64,000 nt of DNA from Alphaproteobacteria bacterium (GTDB taxonomy: Bacteria > Pseudomonadota > Alphaproteobacteria > UBA828): the NCBI GenBank assembly GCA_965214705.1, contig OZ243972.1, forward strand, positions 1,184,001-1,248,000, in the 5' to 3' direction. The notes below the pieces were generated by a model, which saw only the letters and a program-made list of their open reading frames with translations, had not been told where the DNA came from and searched no databases. Position 1 is the stretch's first letter. Each line of letters starts with the position of its first letter. Made by a program: the position numbers and the translations under genes. Positions 51,651 through 62,306 of this stretch are shown here, in pieces.

Positions 51651-52083
51651 CGCCGCCGCCGTGGCTCGCCGTGCCGCCTCCGCGGCCCTTGAGGCCGAAG
51701 CGGACCTACCCGGTCGCGTGGAACTCAGCGTGGTGCTGGCGGACGATGCCTTCGTGCGAATGCTGAACAGGGACTACCGGGGCCAGGACCGCGCGACGGA
51801 CGTGCTCTCATTCCCGGTCCACGAGCCGCCGCGCCTCGACCCGCCACCCGGCGAAATGCCGCTCATGCTGGGCGACGTGGTGCTTGCCCGCGAGACCGTG
51901 CAGCGCGACAGCACGTCGGTCGGGGTGGGCCTTGCCGATCGGGTGAGCCACCTGGTCATCCACGGCGTGCTCCATCTGCTCGGCCACGACCACGACGAGC
52001 CGGATGCCGAGCGTCGCATGCGCGCGCTCGAATCCCGAACGCTATTGGCACTTGGCTTATCCGATCCCTACGTTAACCTGTGA
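51595..52083 (+). CDS. ybeY: rRNA maturation endoribonuclease YbeY
   Basis: LNRDYRGQDRATDVLSF, HGVLHLLGHDH. Confidence 0.94.
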   Translation: MTEIEISLRDSAWSTALPDAAAVARRAASAALEAEADLPGRVELSVVLADDAFVRMLNRDYRGQDRATDVLSFPVHEPPRLDPPPGEMPLMLGDVVLARETVQRDSTSVGVGLADRVSHLVIHGVLHLLGHDHDEPDAERRMRALESRTLLALGLSDPYVNL

Positions 52084-52125
52084 GAGTGAGAGTTGCCCCG
52101 CGGTCACGGGCCGCGGAGCGGAACG

Positions 52126-53052
52126 ATGAGCGAAGACGACAAACCTCCATCTAGCAGCGACAGTGTAGGCGGCGACCGAAGCGGGCGGGCTCGCGCGTCG
52201 GTTGTTGGGCTGATCGGCAATTGGCTGCGCAAGGGGCTCGGCCGCGGCAACGGCGGCTCCTGGCGCGAGTCCCTCGGCGAGATCCTCGAAGAAGAGGAAA
52301 TCGCCGATCAGATCAGCCCGGACGAGCGCGACCTGCTGCTCAACCTGCTGCGCTTCGGCAGCCTGACCGCCGAAGACGCGATGGTGCCCCGCAACGACGT
52401 CACGGCGGTCGAGATCACGGCGCCGTTGGATGAGGTCGTCGCCATCATCAAGGAGGAGGGCCATTCGCGGATGCCGCTCTACCGCGGCAATCTCGACGAG
52501 ATCGTCGGCATGATTCACATCCGCGATGTCATGGGCCATTGGGGCGGAGACGGTCCCTTCGACCTGGAGGCGATCCGGCGCGAAATTCTGTACGTGCCCG
52601 AATCCATGCCGATCCCGGCCCTGCTGAAGGAGATGCGCGAGACCCGGCTGCACATGGCGGTGATCGTCGACGAGTACGGCGGCACCCACGGCCTGGTGAC
52701 GATCGAGGACGTGGTGGAGGAGATCGTCGGCGAGATCGAGGACGAGCACGACGAGATCGAGGCCCCGGCCCTGATCCGCCTGGATGACGGCGCGATGGAG
52801 GCGGATGCCCGCGTTCGGGTGGACGAGCTGGAGCGCCAGCTCTCGGTCCCACTGCTCGACGGAGATGAGGAGGACGCGGTCGATACCCTCGGCGGGCTCG
52901 TGTTCACCCTGGCCGAGCGGGTGCCCCGTGTGGGCGAGCAAATTTGCCACCCGGTCGGATTCACATTCGAGGTACTGGAGGCCGACCCGCGGCGAATCAA
53001 GAGGCTGCGAGTCAGCCGCACTGAGTCACACCCGGCGCACGGTCGTCCGTGA
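52126..53052 (+). CDS. corC: CBS/CorC-HlyC domain protein (Mg/Co efflux CorC-like)
   Basis: [38 protein letters not shown]. Confidence 0.88.
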   Translation: MSEDDKPPSSSDSVGGDRSGRARASVVGLIGNWLRKGLGRGNGGSWRESLGEILEEEEIADQISPDERDLLLNLLRFGSLTAEDAMVPRNDVTAVEITAPLDEVVAIIKEEGHSRMPLYRGNLDEIVGMIHIRDVMGHWGGDGPFDLEAIRREILYVPESMPIPALLKEMRETRLHMAVIVDEYGGTHGLVTIEDVVEEIVGEIEDEHDEIEAPALIRLDDGAMEADARVRVDELERQLSVPLLDGDEEDAVDTLGGLVFTLAERVPRVGEQICHPVGFTFEVLEADPRRIKRLRVSRTESHPAHGRP

Positions 53053-54677
53053 CCGACTACGGGCGCCTTGCCGCCACGCGGTATGTGGCGCTGGCGCGTT
53101 GGGTCGGCGCCGCATCCGGTTGGCGCCGGTCGGGGATCGCCGCCGGCCTCGGCGCCGTCTCGGCGACCGCGCTCCCGCCGGGGCACGCGCTCCCCCTGCT
53201 GGTGGTCTCGTTCACGGGCCTGGTCTGGCTGATCCACGCCAGCCGCTCGCCGTGGCGAGCCGCCGTCGCGGGTTGGTGGTTCGGCTTCGCTCACTTCGTC
53301 TTCAGCATCTATTGGATCGGCGCCGCCATGCTGACCGATCCCTCGCGCTTTGGCTGGATGGTGGCGCCGGCGGTGATCGGGCTCTCCGCCGGCTTCGCGC
53401 TGTTCCCAGCGCTGGCTGCCTTCGCGGCGCGGCTACCACCGTTGCCCATCGCGGGCCGTGTGCTCGCCCTCGCCGTCACCTGGACCGCGGCCGAGTGGCT
53501 GCGCGGCAACATCCTCACCGGCTTTCCCATGAACCTGATGGGAACGGTCTGGATGCCATCCGTGGGCATGATCCAGTCCGTGGCGGTGGTCGGGGTCTAT
53601 GGGCTGAGCTTCGTGACCGTGCTCGCTGCGGCGGCCCCGGCGGTGCTGGCGACACCCGGCACGGACGAACGCCCCCGCCGCCGGCGCTGGCTGTTGCCCG
53701 CCGTCGCGTTCGGATTGCTGGCGGCGATCTGGGTCGGCGGGCAGGCGCGCCTCGCGCTGGCGCCCGATCTGGCGCCGACCGAAGTCACGCTCCGCCTGGT
53801 TCAGGCCAATATCGATCAATCCCGGAAGTGGGAGGACGGCGCGCGCGAGGCGGGGCTCGCGCACCACGTCGTGCTCTCGCACGAGCCGGGGCTCGACGAG
53901 ACCGACATCGTGATCTGGCCGGAGACGGCCGTGCCCTTCTTCATGGATGAGAGCGCGACGATCCAGGCATTCGTGTCGCGGGCCGCGCCCCCCGGCGGCT
54001 ATGTGATCACCGGCGCACCCCGGCGCACCCGTTCGGCGGGGCGCACGATCGCCGTCTGGAACAGCCTGCATGCGCTAGGCCCGGCGGAAGCCATCACGGC
54101 GTCCTACGACAAGCACCACCTGGTACCGTTCGGCGAGTACATGCCCCTGCGCGGGATCATTAATCTGCGGGCAATCGCGGCGGCTGGAACGGTCGACAGC
54201 TCTCCCGGGCCGGGGCCGCGCACGCTCAGTCTGCCCGGCGTGCCGCCCTTCAGCCCGCTGATCTGCTACGAGGCAATCTTCCCCGGCGAGGTGGTGGCCG
54301 ACAACGCGCCACCGGGCGAGCGGCCGCAATGGCTGCTCAACATCACCAACGACGCCTGGTTCGGGCACACGGCCGGGCCCTATCAGCACTTCCAGGCGGC
54401 GCGCCTCCGGGCCGTGGAAGAGGGCATGCCGCTGGTGCGGGCGGCGAACACCGGCATCTCCGCCGTCGTCGATTCCTACGGTCGCATGGTGGGCCGGCTC
54501 GGGCTGGGGGAGATCGGCGTCCTCGACGCGCCGCTGCCGCCGGCGCTCGAGCCGCCGCCGATGGCCCGGCTGGGCGACTGGATCCTGGCCATTCTCCTGC
54601 TTCTTGCTGCGGCCGCGACTCTCGCCATCGACGTCCAGCATTGGTTGCGCAGCGAGCGGCACGGTCAGGGTGAATAA
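53049..54677 (+). CDS. lnt: Apolipoprotein N-acyltransferase
   Basis: [41 protein letters not shown]. Confidence 0.94.
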   Translation: MTDYGRLAATRYVALARWVGAASGWRRSGIAAGLGAVSATALPPGHALPLLVVSFTGLVWLIHASRSPWRAAVAGWWFGFAHFVFSIYWIGAAMLTDPSRFGWMVAPAVIGLSAGFALFPALAAFAARLPPLPIAGRVLALAVTWTAAEWLRGNILTGFPMNLMGTVWMPSVGMIQSVAVVGVYGLSFVTVLAAAAPAVLATPGTDERPRRRRWLLPAVAFGLLAAIWVGGQARLALAPDLAPTEVTLRLVQANIDQSRKWEDGAREAGLAHHVVLSHEPGLDETDIVIWPETAVPFFMDESATIQAFVSRAAPPGGYVITGAPRRTRSAGRTIAVWNSLHALGPAEAITASYDKHHLVPFGEYMPLRGIINLRAIAAAGTVDSSPGPGPRTLSLPGVPPFSPLICYEAIFPGEVVADNAPPGERPQWLLNITNDAWFGHTAGPYQHFQAARLRAVEEGMPLVRAANTGISAVVDSYGRMVGRLGLGEIGVLDAPLPPALEPPPMARLGDWILAILLLLAAAATLAIDVQHWLRSERHGQGE

Positions 54678-55534
54678 GACCAGGGTGGCACTCCCCCACT
54701 AATCGCAGTTGCGAGGATCAACGCGAAGGCGGCGGCGGCGAACGAGTCGCCCCGGTCCAGAATGCCGCCGTGGCCGGGGATCAGACGGCCCGAGTCATCG
54801 GCGCCGACCCGCCGCTTGAGGGCGGACTCGGCGAGATCGCCCATTTGCCCAACGATCGAGCCAAGCACGCCGGCAACTGCCAGCACGGCAAGGCTCGGGC
54901 GTTCCGCCACCCAGCCGGCGAGCGGCATCAGCCAGCCGAGCAGGATGCTGGCGCCCGCCGCTGCCGCCACACCACCGCAGGCGCCGGCCCAGGTCTTGGC
55001 CGGGCTGATGCGGGGCGCGAGACGCGGGCCACCAAGCGTCCGCCCGGCGACGTAAGCACCGGTATCGCTCGCCCAGACCACGGCAAAGAGCCAGAAGACG
55101 GACGCGCGACCCGTCGTGTCGTCCCCGCGCAGCGTGAGCGAGGCGACGACGAGAAGGAGGATGATGCCGGCGCCCGCCAGTCCCGCCGCGCGCACGCGCA
55201 GCCCGCCACGTTCTGCGCCTGCGACGACGAGCGCGGCCGCCGCAGCGGCGCCGGCGGCGGCAACCGTTCCGATCACCGCGAAGAGCGCGCAGACCGCGGC
55301 CAGGCCCGCGATGCCGACCGCCGCGGCGACATCAATCGCCGGCCGGCCGAGCAGCCTGCGCCATTCGAGCCAGGCGAGCACGCCCGCCGCTCCCACTGCT
55401 GCGATGAAGACGGGGCCGCCCAGGTAGGCCGTGCCAAGCGCAACGGGCACGAGCACCGCAGCCGACGCTGCGCGCAGACCAAGGCCGCCCGCGCTGCCCC
55501 CCGCTTGCGGGTCCGTCATGCCCGATTCTGCCAT
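54665..55534 (-). CDS. cdsA: Phosphatidate cytidylyltransferase
   Basis: WASDTGAYVAGR, ISPAKTWAG, GDLAESALKR, IPGHGGILDR; start 55534 or 55519. Confidence 0.9.
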   Translation of the reverse strand: MAESGMTDPQAGGSAGGLGLRAASAAVLVPVALGTAYLGGPVFIAAVGAAGVLAWLEWRRLLGRPAIDVAAAVGIAGLAAVCALFAVIGTVAAAGAAAAAALVVAGAERGGLRVRAAGLAGAGIILLLVVASLTLRGDDTTGRASVFWLFAVVWASDTGAYVAGRTLGGPRLAPRISPAKTWAGACGGVAAAAGASILLGWLMPLAGWVAERPSLAVLAVAGVLGSIVGQMGDLAESALKRRVGADDSGRLIPGHGGILDRGDSFAAAAFALILATAISGGVPPWSYSP

Positions 55535-55629
55535 ATCAATGCCACATTCGACGGCCATATCGTCATGCGGGTGACGGTGAAGCGCTTCGTCCCTCCCGCT
55601 GTCTCCCAAACGACTGGTCGGTCCTCCAG

Positions 55630-55661
55630 CTGGGGCGGTCCTCGCGACCGCCCCAGTTTTT
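55630..55661 (+). terminator. Rho-independent terminator in a divergent intergenic gap
   Basis: CTGGGGCGGTC-CTCGC-GACCGCCCCAG (11-bp stem) followed by TTTTT. Confidence 0.7.
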
Positions 55662-55782
55662 GGTCGGCATGGGCCGCCCATGCGTCTTGCGCCGGCGCCT
55701 CGGCTGGGGTTCGTGCGCGCCGTTCCGGCTATGCGGATGATGGGATAGCATGGCGCCCCTTTGCCGACCACGGGACATCGCC

Positions 55783-56217
55783 ATGCCGATCACGCCGATC
55801 CACCATATCCCCCTCAAGCCGGAATACCGCAGCCCCTTCAGCGCCGCCTTCGCGGTCGAGGATGCGCGGCTGTTGCTCTTCTCCGGGTGTGGTCCGATCC
55901 CGATCTATCACGCGCACCCGCACGATCCGGTGGCCGAGGCCGAGTGGTTGGCAGGCGGCATCCGCGTGCAGACCGAGAAGACCTTCGCCAACATCGGCAC
56001 CATTCTGGAGGCGGCGGGGGCCGACTTCTCCCAGATCGTCAAGCTCAACATCTATCTCACCGACATGTCGGGGCAGAACGTCGTGAACGAGACCTCCGCC
56101 CGGCACTTCGATCCGGCGAACCCGCCGCCGCGCACCCTCGTCGGCGTGACCGAGCTCGCCCACCCCGGAATGCTGATCGAGATCGAGGGCATGGTGGCGA
56201 CGCCGCTCGAAAACTGA
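55783..56217 (+). CDS. RidA/YjgF/UK114 family protein
   Basis: ILEAAGADFSQIVKLNIYLTDM, PPRTLVGV, LIEIEGM. Confidence 0.88.
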   Translation: MPITPIHHIPLKPEYRSPFSAAFAVEDARLLLFSGCGPIPIYHAHPHDPVAEAEWLAGGIRVQTEKTFANIGTILEAAGADFSQIVKLNIYLTDMSGQNVVNETSARHFDPANPPPRTLVGVTELAHPGMLIEIEGMVATPLEN

Positions 56218-56335
56218 GAAATAGTCCGGCCGTTTGATCGGGTCTACGGGCAGCGGCACAATAAGCGACAAGAAAAACGAACAACGGCGGAAATCGTGCA
56301 CCGCCCGGCGGGCGGACGGAGAACGGGAGGCGGTC

Positions 56336-57412
56336 ATGCAGAACGGAGCAATCAAGGTGCTCGTGGTAGGCGTCGGCAACATGGGGCTCAGCCACGCGCT
56401 CGCTTACGACAAGATCGATGGCTTCGAGCTCGTCGGGCTGTGCAGCCGCAGCATTCGCGGGCGCAACGACCTGCCCGCCGAGCTGGCGTCGCTGCCGCGC
56501 TACGAGAACGTCGACGAGGCGCTCGCCGAGTCCCGGCCCGATGCGGTCTCAATCAACACCTATCCCAACACCCACGAGGAATTCTGCCTCAAGGCGTTCG
56601 ATGCGGGCTGCCACGTCTTCGTCGAGAAACCGCTCGCCACCACCGTGGAGGGTGCGCAGGCGGTGGTGGACAAGGCGCGGGCGACCGGAAAGAAGCTGGT
56701 CATCGGCTACATCCTCCGCGTGCACCCCGCCTGGACGGAGTTCATCGCGCGCGCGCAGACTCTCGGCAAGCCGCTGGTCATGCGCATGAATCTCAACCAG
56801 CAGAGCCGGGGGCCGGCCTGGAACTGGCACCGCAACCTGATGGAGTCGCTGACACCGATCGTCGATTGCGGGGTCCACTACGTCGATGTCATGTGCCAGA
56901 TGACCGGCGCCCAGCCGGTGCGCGTGCACGGCGTCGGCGCGCAGCTTACCGACCAGACCAAGGTGCAGAACTACGGCCACCTCCACGTCGAGTTCGACGA
57001 CGGTTCGGTGGGGTGGTACGAGGCCGGCTGGGGCCCGATGATGAGCGAGGTTGCGTTCTTCGTGAAGGACGTGGTCGGGCCCAAGGGCTGCGTCAGCATC
57101 GTCATGCCGCAGGAAGGGCAGGATCACGCTGCTTCGGACGATATCGACTCGCACACAAAGACCAACGCGCTGCTCTGCCATTCGAGCGAGATCGACGAAG
57201 CCAACAACTTCGTGCACGAGGACGAGTGGGTCGACATGGCCGACGAGCCGACCCATCAGGAACTGTGCGATCGCGAGCAGGAATTTCTGCTCAAGGCGAT
57301 CCGCGAGGACCTCGATCTTTCCGAGCACATGGATAGCGCGGTCAACAGCCTGCGTATCGTCATTGCCGCCGACGAGAGCATCAAGCGGCGGGAGGTCGTG
57401 CATCTCGGCTGA
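56336..57412 (+). CDS. Gfo/Idh/MocA family oxidoreductase
   Basis: VVGVGNMG, HVFVEKPLA, DCGVHYVD. Confidence 0.9.
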   Translation: MQNGAIKVLVVGVGNMGLSHALAYDKIDGFELVGLCSRSIRGRNDLPAELASLPRYENVDEALAESRPDAVSINTYPNTHEEFCLKAFDAGCHVFVEKPLATTVEGAQAVVDKARATGKKLVIGYILRVHPAWTEFIARAQTLGKPLVMRMNLNQQSRGPAWNWHRNLMESLTPIVDCGVHYVDVMCQMTGAQPVRVHGVGAQLTDQTKVQNYGHLHVEFDDGSVGWYEAGWGPMMSEVAFFVKDVVGPKGCVSIVMPQEGQDHAASDDIDSHTKTNALLCHSSEIDEANNFVHEDEWVDMADEPTHQELCDREQEFLLKAIREDLDLSEHMDSAVNSLRIVIAADESIKRREVVHLG

Positions 57413-57465
57413 GGGGCACGGGGATGCAGCGAGGCACTTAAGGGAAGGCCCAGGGGAGGCACAAC

Positions 57466-58893
57466 ATGGCATCGGCAGATCTCGAGCTTTGCTATCTGAC
57501 GGCGACCGAGGCGCTGGAGCGCTTCAAGGCGCGCACGCTCTCGCCTGTAGAGCTGCTGGACGCGCAGATCGCGCGTACGCAGGAAGTCAATCCCAAGCTC
57601 AACGCCATCACTTACGACTATTTCGACCGCGCGCGCGAGCAGGCGCAGAAGGCCGAGGCGAAGTACGGGAAGACTGATGGCCGGCTCCGCGCTCTCGAAG
57701 GGGTGACGGTGGGCATCAAGGACTTCCACCCGGTCAAGGGCGAGATCACGACCATGGGCTCGAAGATCTTCGAGGATTTTCGGCCCGACTACTCAGCGGC
57801 GACGGTGGACCGGCTGCTGCGCGCCGGCAGCATCATGCACTTGCGCACCACGACACCGGAGTTCGCCTATTCCGGCAATACTCACAGTCCGCTCTGGGGC
57901 GTTACGCACAACCCGTGGAACCTGGACTACACCCCCGGCGGCTCCTCCGGCGGTGCGGGCGCGGCGGTCGCCGGCGGCATGACCACGCTTGCCGATGGGA
58001 CGGACGGCGGCGGCTCGATCCGCATCCCGTCATCCGCCTGCGGTATCTTCGGCTACAAGCCTCCCTTCGGCCGCAATCCGCTGGACCGCGACCATCCGCT
58101 GGAGACGATCCTGCATTACGGCCCCATGGTCCGCAGCGTCGCCGACGCCGCACTGATGCAGAACGTCATGTCCGGCCCGCATCCGGACGACCTGTGCAGC
58201 CTGCCGAACAAGATTCGGCTGCCCATGACGTACGATGACATCCGCGGCTGGAAGGTCGCCTTCTCCATGAACCTCGGCTACTTCGAGGTCGACCCGGAGG
58301 TGCAGGCGAACATGCGGCACGCGGCGGACGTGCTGCGCGACCTCGGCTGCGAGGTGGACGAGGTCGACGTCGGCTTCAACTGGGGCGTCCAAGATTGCTG
58401 GATGACCTGGTGGGAGGGTCTTTTCGCCGGGATCGCGGGCCACCTGCTGCCCCGCTGGCAGTACGAGATGGACCCCTTCGTGGTCAGGCTTCTGGAGAAA
58501 GGCATGACTCACAGCGCCGCGCGCCTCTACCAGTGCCAGGTGTTCCGCGGCTGGATGTGGGAGCAGTTGCAGCCGATCCTCAAGCGCTACAACTTCCTGA
58601 TCTGCCCGACGCTGGCGGTGCCGTCGGTCAAGGCCGACCAGAACGACGCAGACCCCAATTTCCAGATCAACGGGGTGCGCGTGATGGCCTATGTCGGCTG
58701 GATCTGCACCAACCCCTTCAACCTGCTGAGTCAGTGCCCGGTGATGAGCGTGCCGACCGGCTTCTCCTCATTCGGGGTGCCGACCGGCATGCAGGTCGTG
58801 GGCCGGCCCTACGACGATCACTCCGTGTTCCGCGCGGCCGCCGCCTTCGAGGGCGCGACCCAGCCCTGGCAGAGCAAGCGGCCCGCGATCTAG
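57466..58893 (+). CDS. Amidase (amidase-signature family), copy 1
   Basis: IKD, PGGSSGG, GTDGGGSIRIP. Confidence 0.92.
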   Translation: MASADLELCYLTATEALERFKARTLSPVELLDAQIARTQEVNPKLNAITYDYFDRAREQAQKAEAKYGKTDGRLRALEGVTVGIKDFHPVKGEITTMGSKIFEDFRPDYSAATVDRLLRAGSIMHLRTTTPEFAYSGNTHSPLWGVTHNPWNLDYTPGGSSGGAGAAVAGGMTTLADGTDGGGSIRIPSSACGIFGYKPPFGRNPLDRDHPLETILHYGPMVRSVADAALMQNVMSGPHPDDLCSLPNKIRLPMTYDDIRGWKVAFSMNLGYFEVDPEVQANMRHAADVLRDLGCEVDEVDVGFNWGVQDCWMTWWEGLFAGIAGHLLPRWQYEMDPFVVRLLEKGMTHSAARLYQCQVFRGWMWEQLQPILKRYNFLICPTLAVPSVKADQNDADPNFQINGVRVMAYVGWICTNPFNLLSQCPVMSVPTGFSSFGVPTGMQVVGRPYDDHSVFRAAAAFEGATQPWQSKRPAI

Positions 58894-59003
58894 GGCGCGT
58901 GCAGAACGGCCGCCGGCGGCGGGAAGGGTCGTGTACCGCGCGTGAGCGGCGGAGCCACAAGGCCGAGGACGGCGCGCGGCGATCCTGCGGCAGGAGGTGA
59001 GTC

Positions 59004-60437
59004 TTGGCATCGGCGGACCTGGAGCTTTGCTATCTCTCGGCGAGCGAGGCGCTAGAGCGCTTCAAGGCGCGCACGCTTTCGCCTGTCGAGCTGCTGGACG
59101 CGCAGATCGGGCGCACGCAGGCGGTCAACCCCAAGCTCAACGCCATCACCTACGACTACTTCGACCGGGCAAGCGAGCAGGCGAAGAAGGCCGAGGCGAA
59201 GTACGGCAAGACCGACGGCCGGCTACGCGCGCTCGAAGGCGTGCCGGTCGCGATCAAGGACTTCCACACGGTCAAGGGCGAGATCACCACTCTCGGCTCG
59301 AAGATCTTCGAGGATTTTAGGCCGGACTACACGGCACCGACGGTGGACCGGCTGCTGCGTGCCGGCGCCATCATGCACATGCGCTCCACATCGCCGGAGT
59401 TCGCCCACTCGGGCGCCACTCACAGTCCGCTCTGGGGAGTCACGCGCAACCCGTGGAACCCGGAGTACACCCCAGGCGGCTCCTCCGGCGGCGCGGGCGC
59501 GGTGGTCGCGGCCGGTATGGCGACGCTTGCCGACGGCACCGACGGCGGCGGCTCCATCCGCATCCCGGCCGCAGCCTGCGGCCTCTTCGGCTACAAGCCG
59601 CCTTTCGGTCGCAATCCGCTTGACCGCGACCATCCCTTCGAGACCATCCTGCATTACGGCCCGATCGTCCGCAGCGTCGCCGATGCCGCGCTGATGCAGA
59701 ACGTCATGTCCGGCCAACACCCGGAGGATCACCGCTCCCTGCCGGGCCGGGTCCGGCTACCGGCCAGCTACGAGGGAATTCGCGGCTTCAAGGTCGCCCT
59801 CAGCATGGATCTCGGCTACCTCCAGGTCGATCCGGAGGTGGAGGAGGCGACGCGGCGCGCGGCGGCCCTCTTCCGCGAGCTCGGCTGCGAGGTGGAGGAG
59901 GTCGAACTCGGCTGGGATTACGGTGCACTCGACATCTGCGTGACCTGGTGGGAGGGCATCTTCGCAGGCCTCGTCGGCCAATACCTGCCCCGCTGGCAGT
60001 ACGAGATGGATCCCTTCGTCGTGAAGCTGGTGGAGCGGGGCCTCAGTCTCAGCGCCGCCCGCCTCTATCAGTGTTACGAAGCGCGTGGCCGGATGTGGCA
60101 ACAGCTGCAGCCGATCCTCAAGTCCCACGATATCTTGATCTGTCCGACGAATACGGTGCCGGCGGTCAAGGCCGACCATGACAATGCGAACCCGGATTTT
60201 CGGATCAACGGGGTCCGGGTCATGGCTTACGGCGGCTGGATCGCGACCTACGGCTTCAATCAGGTGAGCCAATGCCCGGTGATGAGCGTGCCGACCGGGT
60301 TCTCCGCTAGCGGCGTGCCGATCGGGATGCAGATCGTGGGGCGGCCCTACGACGACCATTCCGTGTTCCGCGCATCTGCTGCCTTCGAGGCCGCGACCCG
60401 GCCCTGGCAGAGCAAGCGGCCCGCGATCGGGGCGTGA
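59004..60437 (+). CDS. Amidase (amidase-signature family), copy 2
   Basis: TTG start after AGGAGG; same motifs as copy 1 and colinear with it throughout. Confidence 0.92.
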   Translation: MASADLELCYLSASEALERFKARTLSPVELLDAQIGRTQAVNPKLNAITYDYFDRASEQAKKAEAKYGKTDGRLRALEGVPVAIKDFHTVKGEITTLGSKIFEDFRPDYTAPTVDRLLRAGAIMHMRSTSPEFAHSGATHSPLWGVTRNPWNPEYTPGGSSGGAGAVVAAGMATLADGTDGGGSIRIPAAACGLFGYKPPFGRNPLDRDHPFETILHYGPIVRSVADAALMQNVMSGQHPEDHRSLPGRVRLPASYEGIRGFKVALSMDLGYLQVDPEVEEATRRAAALFRELGCEVEEVELGWDYGALDICVTWWEGIFAGLVGQYLPRWQYEMDPFVVKLVERGLSLSAARLYQCYEARGRMWQQLQPILKSHDILICPTNTVPAVKADHDNANPDFRINGVRVMAYGGWIATYGFNQVSQCPVMSVPTGFSASGVPIGMQIVGRPYDDHSVFRASAAFEAATRPWQSKRPAIGA

Positions 60438-60469
60438 GGCGCCGCAAGGCGCGACGGGGAGGAACGACA

Positions 60470-61099
60470 ATGAAGCTTTACAGTTGGGGGGCTGCGCCCA
60501 ATCCGCGCCGGGTGCTGATCTACATCGCCGAGAAGGGCATCGAGATACCGGTGGTGGAGGCCGGCGAGGGCGCGCATCTCACCGACGAGTACCTCGCCCG
60601 CTACGACGGGCGCATCGTGCCGATGCTGGAGCTCGACGACGGCACACAGATCGGCGAGGCGATGGCGATTTGCCGCTTTCTCGAAGAGGCCTATCCGGCA
60701 CCGCCGCTCTTCGGCGTGAACCGGCGGGACCGCGCAATGGTCGACATGTGGGAACGCCGCGCCGAGAACGAAGGCTTCAACGGCGTGGCCGAGGTGTTCC
60801 GCAACTCCACCCCGGCGTTCGCGGGCCGTGGCCTGCCGGGCTTTGCCGAGCCGATCGAGCAGATCTCCGACCTAGTGGAGCGCGGCAAGAAGCGGCTCGC
60901 CCGCTTCTACGGCCGCATCGAGCGCCAGCTTGCGGACAACCGGTTCATCGCCGGCTCCCGCTTCAGCGTCGCCGACATCACCGCGCTCTGTATCGTCGAC
61001 TTCGCGACCAGGGGAGCCAAGGTCGGGCTGCCGGAGGATCACACCAACGCCCGGCGCTGGCACGCCGAGGTCTCCGCCCGCCCCAGCATTACCGGGTAA
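60470..61099 (+). CDS. Glutathione S-transferase family protein
   Basis: APNPRRVLIYIAEKG, VPMLELDDG, FSVADITA. Confidence 0.9.
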   Translation: MKLYSWGAAPNPRRVLIYIAEKGIEIPVVEAGEGAHLTDEYLARYDGRIVPMLELDDGTQIGEAMAICRFLEEAYPAPPLFGVNRRDRAMVDMWERRAENEGFNGVAEVFRNSTPAFAGRGLPGFAEPIEQISDLVERGKKRLARFYGRIERQLADNRFIAGSRFSVADITALCIVDFATRGAKVGLPEDHTNARRWHAEVSARPSITG

Positions 61100-61160
61100 C
61101 CCAGCCACGCCCTGGGCCCTGCGGGTTGCCGCGCATCGGGTCACCACTTAGACTCGTTCC

Positions 61161-61409
61161 ATGGGCGAGAGCGGCGAGAAGGACGGTGAGGCGCAGACCT
61201 TCGAGAGCGCGATGCGCGAGCTCGAAGGGATCGTGCACGAGTTGGAGGCCGGCGAGACCGGCCTCGAAGCGGCCATTGCGGCGTATGAGCGCGGCGTCAA
61301 GCTGAAGACGTTCTGCGAGGAGAAGCTCAGGCAGGCCGAGCTTCGCGTCGAGAAGATCGACAGCGATGCGGCCGGCGCCGCCCGCACGGAGCCGTTCGAG
61401 ACCGGCTGA
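61161..61409 (+). CDS. xseB: Exodeoxyribonuclease VII small subunit
   Basis: TFESAMRELEGIVHELE...AYERGVKL...AELRVEKI. Confidence 0.92.
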   Translation: MGESGEKDGEAQTFESAMRELEGIVHELEAGETGLEAAIAAYERGVKLKTFCEEKLRQAELRVEKIDSDAAGAARTEPFETG

Positions 61410-61418
61410 GGGCACCCG

Positions 61419-62306
61419 GTGAGATCGCTGGATGATGCGCTCCGCGATGCCGCGGAGGCCGTAGACGAAGCCCTCGAATCGCTGGTTCCCGCGCCTGACG
61501 GTGCCGACGGGCAGCTCTTCGAGGCGATGCGGTACTCCCTCTTCGCCGGTGGCAAGCGGCTCAGGCCCTTCCTCGTCCTCTCAGGCGCCGACCTCTTCGA
61601 GGTGCCACGCGCCTGGTCCGTCAACACCGCCGCCGCCATCGAGATGGTGCACACTTACTCGCTGGTCCACGACGACCTGCCGGCGATGGACGACGACAAC
61701 CTGCGCCGCGGCAAGCCCACCTGCCATATCGCCTTCGACGAGGCGACCGCGATCCTGGTGGGCGATTCGCTGCTCACGCTTGCCTTCGAGGCGGTGACGA
61801 CGCCGGCCGGGCATCCTGACGCTACCGTGCGCGCCGAACTCGCCTGCGCGCTGGCGCAGGCCGCCGGCGCGGACGGCATGGCCGGCGGCCAGGCGATCGA
61901 CCTCGCGGCGGAGAGCCGGGAGCTCACCCTCGACGAAGTGGTCCGGCTGCAGCGACTCAAGACCGGCGCGCTGTTCGGCTTTTCCTGCGAGGCCGGCGCC
62001 ATTCTCGCGGGCGAGGACGGTGCGGCCCGCAGGGCGCTCCGCGACTATGCCGCCTGCATCGGGCTCGCGTTCCAGATCGCCGACGACCTGCTCGACCACG
62101 AGGGCACGGAGGCCGCCCTCGGCAAGGCTGTCGGCAAGGACGCCGCTGCCGGCAAGGCAACCTTCGTCGGCTTGCTCGGTGCGGAGGAAGCGCGACAGCG
62201 GGCCGAGGCGCTGGTGGACGATGCCATCGCGGCGCTGAGCGCCTTCGACGAGAAGGCAGCCCCGCTCCGCGCCGTCGCCCGCTACATCGTGGAGCGTCGC
62301 CACTGA
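61419..62306 (+). CDS. ispA: Farnesyl diphosphate synthase
   Basis: GGKRLRP, HDDLPAMDDDNLRRGKPT, FQIADDLLD. Confidence 0.93.
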   Translation: MRSLDDALRDAAEAVDEALESLVPAPDGADGQLFEAMRYSLFAGGKRLRPFLVLSGADLFEVPRAWSVNTAAAIEMVHTYSLVHDDLPAMDDDNLRRGKPTCHIAFDEATAILVGDSLLTLAFEAVTTPAGHPDATVRAELACALAQAAGADGMAGGQAIDLAAESRELTLDEVVRLQRLKTGALFGFSCEAGAILAGEDGAARRALRDYAACIGLAFQIADDLLDHEGTEAALGKAVGKDAAAGKATFVGLLGAEEARQRAEALVDDAIAALSAFDEKAAPLRAVARYIVERRH

